Shown here piece by piece: positions 12,041-21,843 of a DNA stretch of 64,000 nucleotides. The notes under the pieces were generated by a model, which did not search any database, was not told where the DNA came from, and worked only from the letters and a program-made list of their open reading frames with translations. The translations under genes were made by a program, and so were the position numbers. This DNA is from Hyaloraphidium curvatum SAG 235-1 (taxonomy: Eukaryota > Fungi > Monoblepharomycota). The stretch is from positions 186,001 through 250,000 of the forward strand of contig JAIVFI010000012.1 of the NCBI GenBank assembly GCA_025558095.1. Direction: 5' to 3'. Each line of letters starts with the position of its first letter. The first letter of the stretch is position 1.

Positions 12041-13711
12041 CTAGAGATACCGCTTGGCGTCCTCTGGAGTGACACCGAGCTCCGCTCTCCAATCGAAGCC
12101 AGGATAGTGAATGGCACACGCCGCAGGGAAGCTCTGAGGCAAGTGTGAGTCCCTGGATACCCAAAGCAATGCCTCGAATACCCCAAACCTTCATCATCTT
12201 CACATAGAACCAGTACTCTCCGACGTTCCGCGCTACCCGATAGTTGAATCCAAGCTCGTCGTACCGCTGCGACGCCAGAACCGCGGTCAGAACGAGAACA
12301 TCGTTGCACAACAGAACAATCACCTTCTTGACCGTCGGGGCGTTCTGAACAATGTACGGCGGCAGCTCCTCGACAGGAAGAGCCGGAGGGATGCGCTGCA
12401 TCTCCAGCTTGGGAATCTGAGGCACACTATGAGTCGACTTCATGTAGACCCGCCGTCAGGAACCAACCATGAAGTAAGGCATGGAGTAGCGCCCGACACC
12501 ACTCGTGTTGAGGCGAACACGGTGCGTGGTGGCGACATAGCGGCCGCCGGTAATGAACTCCAGGTACGTGCCGGTGTTGACAATAATCGTTCCGGGAATC
12601 GGGACAACGTCGATCCACTCGCCCTCGAACTGATGCCAATGAGCCTCCGCGATGTTCCAAACATGACAGTACGCACGTTCATGACCTGCAAGCCGCCAAT
12701 CATGTCCTGGTTCAGGCACGTCAGCACCACGGGGTCATCCACATGGGCAGCGTCGCCTGCCAAACGCGAGTCAGCAGCAGCAATCGATCCGAGGGTGCTA
12801 TTTGCCGCACCAAGGTTCTCCTTGTACTCAGGATGGGCCTGAGGGGGTACCAGGTGAGGTAAGCGGGCGAAACACAGCTAGACAGACGCACCGAGAGGTC
12901 CACGGACGGGTAGTAGTTGATCTGGAAATGATGGTTGGGCCGGACTTCGTCCAGGAAGAACTCCCGCAGGTATTCTTTCGGCTTTCCCAATGTCTCGGAG
13001 ATGGCCGCCAAAAGCGTGGTCGCGGTCCCGTGAACTTCCTCCAAATACTTCTTCGCCGTGTCCTTGAACCCGTCGACGGTGGGCCACGTGATAGGACCAC
13101 AGGAATTGCCCCACACCGGCCCGTCCGAAGAGGCCCTGGGAAGGTCCCATCCAAGTCCAATCGTTTCGCGCATGTCAATCTTCCCATAGGTCGTCTCTGT
13201 GGGACAAGTGAGACCGCCGGCACCTGGGTCATAGTCCAAACTCACCGCGACCGAGCTCGCTCCAGCCCTTGAAGATGGGGGAGAGGTCCATCGAGAACTT
13301 GGCCTTCTCCTCGCGCGGAAGGTTGATGGCCTCGGCTGACTTTTCAAACATGGCCTTCTCGGTCTCGGGGCTGATCCCGTGGTTCTTCAGGTACATGAAA
13401 CCAACGTTCAGGACTGCGCGTCGAACATTTCAGGGTCCGTCGGGCAATACGGATCGAGAGAACTCACGGACGTCGGTGAGCTGCTTCAGGAACTGCTCGC
13501 GGACGGCGGGGTCCTCCGACTTGTACTGGGCGAGGTCGACGATGGGCAACGCCTTGAAGGCGGGGTCCGCCGAGAACAGCGCGGCCATCTCCGCCTCCGT
13601 CTTGAAGCCGATCATGTCCTTCGTCAGGCCGACCGTCTCCGTCGGCACGGCGCTCTGGCCCTTGGTCGAGTCCGCGAACGCGATAACGTCCCCATTGGCA
13701 ACGGCAACCAT
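12041..13711 (-). CDS. 2-oxoglutarate/Fe(II)-dependent oxygenase (IPNS/DIOX_N family), multi-exon
   Basis: LPIVDL, VGFMYLKNHGI, INYYP, H-V-D iron motif, QDMIGGLQV, WIDVVPIPGTIIVNTG, HRV and RYSMPYF, distributed over exons split by short introns. Confidence 0.9.
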
Positions 13712-13929
13712 TGTGGAGCTCTGCGCAACCTGAGCAGGATAGCTGCCGGCAGGAGACCGGGGGTGGGTGTGGCAAGGGCGCAGATAGCGCTCCTCCGCTC
13801 CTCCGCGCCGATCGATCACGGATCCCTGCGTCCGTGAGGCAGCACTCTGGTGAGATGCAACGTGCCACTACGACCTCTAGAGACAGACTTTTTGTACACA
13901 CAACACTTTTCCCCGCGATGGGCATCCAT

Positions 13930-16351
13930 CTACAACCGGGCAGTCGGCTGCGGCCCGAACCTCTTCTCAAGCGTGTCCAGAATGGTCGCGTCCTCGATCG
14001 TCCCGGGAACGGTGTACTTGCGTCCCGCAACGATGTCCCGGAGCGTCCGGCGGAGGACTGTGGTTGGGAGGAAAGGGTCAGAAGAGATCCACCGGTCGGC
14101 AAGAACCTGCAACGCACCCTTGCCCGACCGCGTCTTGGGCAGCTTCTCCACGACGTGCACCTTCTGGAAGCACGCAAAAGGCCCGATCGAGTTGCGGATC
14201 GTCCGGATCAGCTCCTCCTCGATCCGCTTGGGCGTCACGTCCGATCCAGACTTGAGGACCACGAACGCGAGCGGCACCTCGCCCTTCATGCCGTCCGACG
14301 CGCCGATCACGGCGCACTCGGCCACCGTCGGATGCTCCGACACTACCTCCTCCATCTGTCCGGTGCTGAGGCGGTGGCCAGCGACGTTGATGACGTCGTC
14401 GGTGCGACCTGCAAACCCGTCAGCGCCGAGCCTGCGCGTCAGATTCTCGAAGCCACTCACCCAGGACGTGGATGTAGTTGTGCTCGTCAATCATACCGGC
14501 ATCGGTGGTGTCGTAGTAGCCGGGGAACCTCTGCAGGTACGACTTGTTGAAGCCAGCGTCGTTCTGGTGCGAGGCAAGGTCAGCCTCCGTCCGATGACCC
14601 ATTCCCAGTAGCGACCAACCTCCCACAGCGTCCTGAACGCGCACGGCGGCAGCGGCAGCTCGATCACAATGCTGCCCACTTCCCCGGGCTCAGCGTCCAC
14701 GAACTCTCCCTCGCACACCTCGCCGGCCTCGTCGAGCTTGGGCTTGATCACCTTGACGTTCCACCCAGGCATCGGCAGCCCCGCGGATCCGACCTGGATC
14801 GGCAGGTTCTGGTATGTCCCGTCCGGGGAGCGGTCCTGCGGGTTGGGCAGGCCGGTGCAGATGCCGGCGATGGGCCAGCCGGTCTCGGTCTGCCACCAGT
14901 TGTCGATCACGGGCACGCCGAGGACGCGGGAGTAGTGCGTGGCCGAGTCGGTGTCGCAGCGCTCGCCGGCGAGGAAGAGGGCCTTGAGCGAGGTGATATC
15001 GTGCATGCGGACGTAGTGGTCCGTTGGGTCGGCGGCCTTGAGCGAGCGGAGAGCCGTGGGGGCGGTGCTGGGCGGATATGATGCCCGGTCAGCGAAAATC
15101 CGGAAGGCGGAGAGATTTAGCAACACCCACAACATGGTCTTGACCTGGTGCTCCTCGACAATCCGCCAGAAGGCGCCCGGGTCGGGCGTGATCGGCTTCC
15201 CCTCGTAGACGATTGTCGTCGCGCCCGCCAGGGTCGGCGCGTAGATGCCGATCGAGTGGCCGACGGCCCAGCCGATGTCGGCGGCCGAGAACATGACGTC
15301 GCCGGGGCCGACGTTGAGGAAGTGGCGGCCGGTGAAGTACAGCGCGACCGCGTGGCCGCCGTTGCTGCGGACGACACCCTTGGGCTGGACGGGTGTTTGA
15401 TCCAGTCAGAAAAGCAACGAGCAGACGGATCAGTGAGATCCCCACCTGCCCGGTGGTGCCCGAGGTGTAAAGAATGTAGAGCGGATCCTCGGCGTCGACG
15501 GGAACGTAGGGGACGGTCTTACCGGCGGCCTTGATCTTCTTGATCTCGACCTGCCACTCCGACTCCCCCCTCGCGGGGTCCACCGGCGCCGGAACCTGCG
15601 GCCGCTGGAACACGATCACTTTGCGGGGCTTGTGCTTGCTGCCTTGGATCGCCTCGTCGACGAGCGGCTTGTACGGGATCACGCGGTTGGGCTCGATGCC
15701 GCACGACGCGTGGACCAGCAGCACGGGCTTGCTGTCGTCGATCCGCTTCGCCAGCTCCGCGGGGGAAAAGCCGCCAAAGACGACCGAGTGCACCGCGCCC
15801 AGCTTGGCGCAGGCGAGCATGCAGAGGAAGCCCTCGACCAGCATGGGGAAGTAGATGATCACGCGGTCGCCCTTCTTGACGCCGTGCTCCTGGAACATGG
15901 CGGCGACGGCGTCGACCTCCTTCTCGAGCTGGGCGTAGGTCAGACGCTTGCGCGTGTTGGTGTAGGCGCTGTCGTAGATGATGGCCACATTGTCGCCGCG
16001 GCCGGCCTTGACGTGGCGGCCGACGCAGTTCCAGGCGGTGTTGAGCTATTCAGAACGCCGAGGTGGCACCAAAGATCAATTCAATGAATAGGATATAAAA
16101 CAACGGAGCAGAGGGGGGAGGAGAGGGAGGAAGTCAGCGACCCGCGACGGCGCCGGAGAAAGACGGCTGCCCACCTTCCCGCCGTCGAACCACTTCCAGC
16201 GGCCGTCGGGCGACTCGCTGCCCGGCGTCAGGATCCTCTTGGGCGGCACGAACCAGTCGATGTTCTTGGCCTGCTCGCCCCAGAACTCCTCGGGGCTCTG
16301 GAGGGAAGCGGAGTGGAGCCCAACCTGGGCGAATCCGGCGACGGGCGACAT
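13930..16351 (-). CDS. prpE: Propionyl-CoA/acyl-CoA synthetase (PrpE/ACSS3-like), copy 1, apparently intact; C-terminal ARL (PTS1-like)
   Basis: PEEFWGEQA, LYILYTSGTTG.PKG, IDNWWQTETGW, YYDTTDAG, GRTDDVINVAGHRLSTG, LPKTRSGK; six GT-AG introns. Confidence 0.92.
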
Positions 16352-16541
16352 GGCGGAGGGAAGCTTGTCCCTTTTCGCGGGGTTCTTGCGGTTCTTGCGG
16401 CGGCTTGGCCGGTGCTCACGCGGACTTGCGCGGTGAGTGATGTGGGGTGGTCGTGACGCAACGCGCCGATCACAAAGGGAGCGGTGGGCCGGACATGCAC
16501 TTGCCACATGCAGACGAAGGACGGCGATCCGAGCGATCGGC

Positions 16542-17888
16542 TCAGGCGTACACGGCCCGGATGTGCTCCCCGACGCCCTCACACACCGTCAAGTTCCGCA
16601 CCCGGCCGCTCCACGGGCCGTTCCCGCACGCCACCTCCGCCATCGCCTCCCACATCGCCTTTTCCGGATCCGCGCCCCACCCCGTTGCGTTTCCATACAC
16701 TGCCGGGAACGAATCGCCCCATATCCTCCCCATCCTCCCGTTCGCGCGCAGCGCGGCGTGCCGCGACGCCAGAACGCCCGCGGGATCGGGCTTGGCGCCG
16801 TTGGCGTGGAGGAACAGCGGCCTGGCGATCCGGCCGGGGGCGTGCTGCAGCATCGCCACGGGGGTCAAGTATTCGCCCTGCATGTAGCCGATCAGCTTCG
16901 CTTGGTGCGCCGCGACGTAATGCGGGAGGCCGAGGGCGCGCGCGGCAGCCGGGAAGGTCTCCTTGTCGCCCTCGCCGTGGCCGCCCATCGACAGGAGGCG
17001 GTAGTAGTGCGTAGGCCCGTGGAGGTTGTAGTACGCGGCCAGGATGAGGGTTTTGGCGTGGCGGGGCTTGGACACGGCGAGCTGGCCGGATTCGTGGGTG
17101 CCGCCGCGGTCCGCGGGGGGCTGGGTGCCCTGGATGCGGTACAGGAATCCGGAGACGGAGGAGATCCAGATGTCGGGCCACAGTAGGAGCCCGGTGGAGA
17201 CGAATTCCGGCGTATCGAAGAGGAAGTCGGGCGCGTTGAGCGCCAGGTTGTCGGCGTCGAGGAAGAGCACCTCCTCGAAGGAAGACAGCAGGATCGCGAA
17301 CGCCTTGTGCTGGTACTTCGACAGCACCGGCCGCAGATCCTGTGGAAGGAAGCCGAGCATGCCATCGGTGGACCTGCATTCCGCGCCGAACCCCGCGAGC
17401 TCCTCGCAGAAGCTATCGTCCGGCTGTCCGCGCTCGAGGAACACCTCCACGGGCAGCCGCGAACCCGTCTTTCGGAGCAGCCGCAGCGCGACGAGCAGCC
17501 CGGCAAAGTGCTTTTCCGCCGCCGTGGTCGCGATGCCCCTCGTCCCGGGCGTCCGCGGCGGCTCCAGCCCCTCGACGGCACTCAGGAACCCCGCATGCGC
17601 GGCGGCCATCTTTTCAACGTCGGTATCGGTCATGTTGATCAGCTCCGCGCCCGCGGCCTGGTCTTCGAGGTCGAGCTCGACGAACTTGCGGATTCGCGGG
17701 GGGTTCGGCACCGGCGGAGAATGGTCCCGCAGCGCCGCGGCGAGAGAGAGCCAGAAGGCGCGATAATCGGCATCGTCCGGTGAGGGGGCGCGTCTTCCGG
17801 CCCAGAAAGAGGGGGAGGAAAAACGGAACGCGAGGAGCGCGGCGACCGACGCGCCTAGGGCAAGCAGCCATGCGCGGGGCCGCCGCAT
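16542..17888 (-). CDS. Alpha-1,2-mannosyltransferase (GT71, Mnn2/Mnn5-like), intronless
   Basis: N-terminal membrane anchor; LRKTGSRLPVEVF, SSFEEVLFLDADN, LLWPDIW, HESGQL, GEGDKETF, PLFLHAN. Confidence 0.88.
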   Translation of the reverse strand: MRRPRAWLLALGASVAALLAFRFSSPSFWAGRRAPSPDDADYRAFWLSLAAALRDHSPPVPNPPRIRKFVELDLEDQAAGAELINMTDTDVEKMAAAHAGFLSAVEGLEPPRTPGTRGIATTAAEKHFAGLLVALRLLRKTGSRLPVEVFLERGQPDDSFCEELAGFGAECRSTDGMLGFLPQDLRPVLSKYQHKAFAILLSSFEEVLFLDADNLALNAPDFLFDTPEFVSTGLLLWPDIWISSVSGFLYRIQGTQPPADRGGTHESGQLAVSKPRHAKTLILAAYYNLHGPTHYYRLLSMGGHGEGDKETFPAAARALGLPHYVAAHQAKLIGYMQGEYLTPVAMLQHAPGRIARPLFLHANGAKPDPAGVLASRHAALRANGRMGRIWGDSFPAVYGNATGWGADPEKAMWEAMAEVACGNGPWSGRVRNLTVCEGVGEHIRAVYA

Positions 17889-18141
17889 CGTCCGCTCCGG
17901 GCCGCCGGCAAAGCAGCGCGTCCTGCATAGTCTTAATCACGTCATATCTTTGCCATTCCCGCGATTTCGCGTGGTGGATAGGGATTCGCGCGGACGTGGT
18001 TGCGGTGCATGCCGCCGCACTGCACCGCTGGCGTCGCGATCGGATTGGTCACGTCGGACGTCTCGGCATTAAACGAGTCTGGACGATACTAAAAGCAGGT
18101 GGTAAAGAACACGCCCAAGACGTGGGGAGTCGCTCGACCCA

Positions 18142-19170
18142 CTAGTCTACTGACGGGACCGCCGGCCGCGAGGCGAACACGTCTAGCCCCAGCTTCCCCG
18201 CGAGGAACCTCGCCACCAAACCCCCCCTCACACTGTTCCCCTGGTCATCCAGGGGCGGCGAGAAGCACCCCATCCCCCCCTTTCCCGGCGCCACGCACAC
18301 GATCCCCCCCGACACCCCGCTCTTCCCCGGCAGCCCCACGTCGTACAGCCAGTCCCCCGACGCCTCGTACAGCCCCGCGGTGGCCATCACCGCCAGCGTC
18401 CTCCTGCACGCGTCCGCGGAGACGGCCCGCCGCCCCGTGCGCGGGCACACCCCGCCGTCGGCGAGGGTCGCGGCCATCGCCGCCAGGTCCTCGGCCGTCG
18501 CGAGCAGGCAGCACTGACGCGTGTACAGGTCCGTGGCCTCGGCGGGGTCGCATCCCAGGCGGCCGTAGGATTCGAGGAGCAGCGCCATGCCGCGGTTGCG
18601 CTGGTTGCTCGCCGAGGCCGAGGCGTACACTTCCTCGTCGACCTCGAGGGTGCGCCCGGCGAAGCGGGACAGGCCGTCGCGGATGAAGGCCCAGCGGGCG
18701 GCGGCGTCGGCGCCGGGGACGAACGAGGTGGCGGCGATCGCGCCCGAGTTGACCATGGGGTTGGTGCGGCGGTCCGCGGCCAGCTCGACGGCCAGGACCG
18801 AGTTGAAGGGCAGCCCGGTGGCGTTGACGCCCAGCAGGTCGCGCGTTCTGGCGGCGCCCAAGGCGTCGCACAGGAGGGCAAAGACGAAGACCTTGCTGAT
18901 GCTCATGATGGTGAAGGGCACCTGCGCGTCCCCCGCAGAGTGCACCGCGCCGTCGACCCCCGCGACGCAGATGCCGAACAGCGACGGCGATGCATCGGCC
19001 AGCGCGGGGTAGTACGACGCGTTGGCGCCCTCGGTGACGCCCGCGAAGCGGCGATGCGCCTCGGCGACGAGCTCGGCCACGCGCGGCGGGGGCGGCAGCG
19101 AGCCCGTCGACACCGCATCGGCGTCGTCCGGGGACACGTTCGGCGCATCGTCCGGCTCCCGGCGATCCAT
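18142..19170 (-). CDS. glsA: Glutaminase A (GlsA, serine beta-lactamase-like fold), intronless
   Basis: FTIMSISKVF (catalytic S-x-x-K), NATGLPFNS, NPMVNSGAI, YTRQC, GLYEASGDW, PGKSGVSGGI, SPPLDDQGNSVRG. Confidence 0.93.
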   Translation of the reverse strand: MDRREPDDAPNVSPDDADAVSTGSLPPPPRVAELVAEAHRRFAGVTEGANASYYPALADASPSLFGICVAGVDGAVHSAGDAQVPFTIMSISKVFVFALLCDALGAARTRDLLGVNATGLPFNSVLAVELAADRRTNPMVNSGAIAATSFVPGADAAARWAFIRDGLSRFAGRTLEVDEEVYASASASNQRNRGMALLLESYGRLGCDPAEATDLYTRQCCLLATAEDLAAMAATLADGGVCPRTGRRAVSADACRRTLAVMATAGLYEASGDWLYDVGLPGKSGVSGGIVCVAPGKGGMGCFSPPLDDQGNSVRGGLVARFLAGKLGLDVFASRPAVPSVD

Positions 19171-19354
19171 CGGAGGTCGCTTGCACGCGAAGCTTGCAGA
19201 CGCGTTGTTTGTTGTTTCCGGTATGCGGCTCGCTAACCTTCCGATCACGGAAGATCTCTCGGGAGAGACCCCCTTAGAGCGGACAAACCCGAAAATCGCC
19301 AGCGTCGAATCGCCTCAGATCGACGCGTGAGCACTGCGAGACCTTTCAACCACG

Positions 19355-21786
19355 ATGCCGAACTCTGCGGCCGCCGCGGAGGCGCCGCCGCGGGAGAAGG
19401 GCCGCGTCACGCGGGTCACGGTCGCCTGGTGGGTGTGCCCTGAACCCCACCTCCTTAACGATGTTGTTGACGATGTCCGTCCAGCAACTTCTGCATACGG
19501 CGGAAACTGAGGTGTTCGGGCGACCCGGCCGGCTGCGACCAGTGCGCCAAGCGCGGGCAGCTGGAGAGCTGCGCGTACACGCGGGAGGTGCGCAAGCGGG
19601 GCCCGCCGAAGGGCCGGAAGCGCGACGAGCCGCCCGTCGTCGTCGTGGCGTCGGCGGACAGCGAGCGGCTGCGGCGGCTGGAGCGCCACATCGGCGGGCG
19701 GACGGCGGCGGGCGCGGGCGGCGGCACCGAGTGGCTGCTCGCCGAGCTGCTGGGCATGGCGCCGCAGGGCAGGCAGCCCTCGAGGTCGCGCAGCTCGCAT
19801 TCCGGATCGGGGTCGGGTTCGGGCTCGCTGGGCGGCTCCCCGCTGGACGAGCAGCTCGGGTGGCAGGACGCCTTTGGCACCGAGGACCGGGCCGCCGACC
19901 TGGACCTCGGGCTCGGGCTCGAATCAGCCGGCCTCGACTCGATGCTGGGGCAGTTTGCGGGCGGCCTGGACGACGAGTTCGGCGACCTCGGCGCCGGCAT
20001 GGACGGGGTGCTGGACGCCGCCGGCCTGCTGGGGAACCCGCTGCCCGGCGACGACCTGCCCGTCGATGCGTTCACCACCTTTGGCCCCGCCCCCGCGGCC
20101 TCCCCGGCGACTGTCGTGGACCTGGACGCGCTCCTGAGGACCTTTGGCGGGCCGCAGGCGCCGAACCCGGCGTGGGCGGCCAGGCCGCATCGGACGGCCT
20201 CCGTCGCGACAACGTCTTCCTCGCGCCTGATGCAGGTCGACGACGAGGGCAACCCGATGCCCGACGACAGCGACTCGGGCACCGCCAATGCGGGCTCGCT
20301 CGTCTCGCCCGGCACGGGCTCCCCGCGCTTCGTCTTCACCAACCCCTTCCACCTCCCCTCCCCCCCGCCCATGACGCTCCCTGATCCCGGCGTCCCCGAC
20401 GACCTCTCCTCCCTTCTGCTCCGCCTCACCATCTCGAGCGAGCCCACCGCCATCCTGCCCATCGTGCACCGCCCCAGCTTCGTCCCCGGCACCAAGCCGC
20501 CCTGGCTGCTCTGGGCCATGATGGCCGCCGCATGCCGCTTCTTCCCCGAACTGGACTCGATCCCCGGCGCCGCCGGCGGCCCGGGCAAGGGCTGGGGCGA
20601 GCGCATCTACCTCGCCGCCTCGACCGCCCTGGCCTCGTCGCTGCCCGGCTCCGCGCCCTCGCTCGAGTCCGTGCAGGCGCTCATGTTCCTCGTCATGGCC
20701 TGCGTCACGCACCCCTCCCCCGCGCGCATCATGGAAGCATGGCGGTGGCTCTCCCTGGCCGTCGGCATGGCCCGCGAGCTCGGCCTGTCGCGCGAACCGC
20801 CGGCGAGCATGCCCTGGGTGGAGCGCGAGAGCCGCCGGCGCGCGTGGTTCTTCCTCTGGGGCTTCGACAAGCTCCTTGCCTGCAACTCGGGGATGCCGCC
20901 TATGATCCCCAAGGGCGAAGGCGCAGCGCTGCGCATGTTCTCCCCCGCCGCGGCGTGGGAATCCCCCGAACCCCCCGCCGACGAGGCGGACCTGAACCCG
21001 CACGTCACGATCGACTTCATCGACCCCCCGCCGTCGCTGGAGGACCTCGCGCACCACGGCGCCCGGCTGCAGTACCTGGACACGCTCATGTACGCCTGCG
21101 CGTCCTTCTCGCACCGCATGGCGGCAAAGCGCAGGCCGGAGTACGGGCCCGGGTCCGCGGCGGCGGCGCGCAAGAGGGCCAAGGTCGAGGCGGCGATGCA
21201 GCTCTGGGCCGAGGCGGAAAGGAGGTACAACATCGACCCCGCCGCGACGGACGCGGCCGAGGCCGAGGGGAGGGTGGTCTGGGAGGTTGGCGAGCACAGG
21301 TGGCTGGGGTGGTACCTCGGCAGCGTCTTCCTGCATTCCCCGCGGTCGGCGGTGGAGCTGCTCGCCAAGGACCCCACCGATGCGGGAGCGCTGGAGCAGG
21401 TGGCGGCCTGGGCGGCGGACGGGGAGGCGGTGGCGGCGTGCGCGGCGTCGTGCAGGGCCGCGGCGGGGTGGCTGGACCAGCTTGTGCGGCTGGACGCCGA
21501 GGGGGTCGAGGCGGGGCGGTACGACCGGAGGCTCAAGTTCGTGGGGTACGTGGGGGGCCAGGTGGCCTACATGGGCACGGTGTGGTGCCTGCTGCGCGGG
21601 GCGGCGCCGCCCGATGCGGCGAGGGACGGCGGGGGGATCATGGGCGGGCCCAGGGTGCCGGATGCGGAGATACCGGGCACGCTGGTGCGCGCGCTACGGG
21701 GGATGGCCAAGGTGTGGAAGGTGTGCGACGACTACGCGGACGGGCTCGAGTCGGTGATCAAGGTCATCGACGCGATGGGGATGTAG
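19355..21786 (+). CDS. Zn(II)2Cys6 fungal transcription factor with fungal TF middle-homology domain
   Basis: Splicing intron 19429-19484 gives ACNFCIRRKLRCSGDPAGCDQCAKRGQLESCAY..KRGP. Downstream ILPIVHRPSF, SVQALMFL, AVGMARELGLSRE, ERESRRRAWFFL. Confidence 0.92.
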
Positions 21787-21843
21787 GGTTATCTTGCTTT
21801 TCTGCTGCTTTTGCTTCCGATACAGCTACAATGCAGACCGCTT

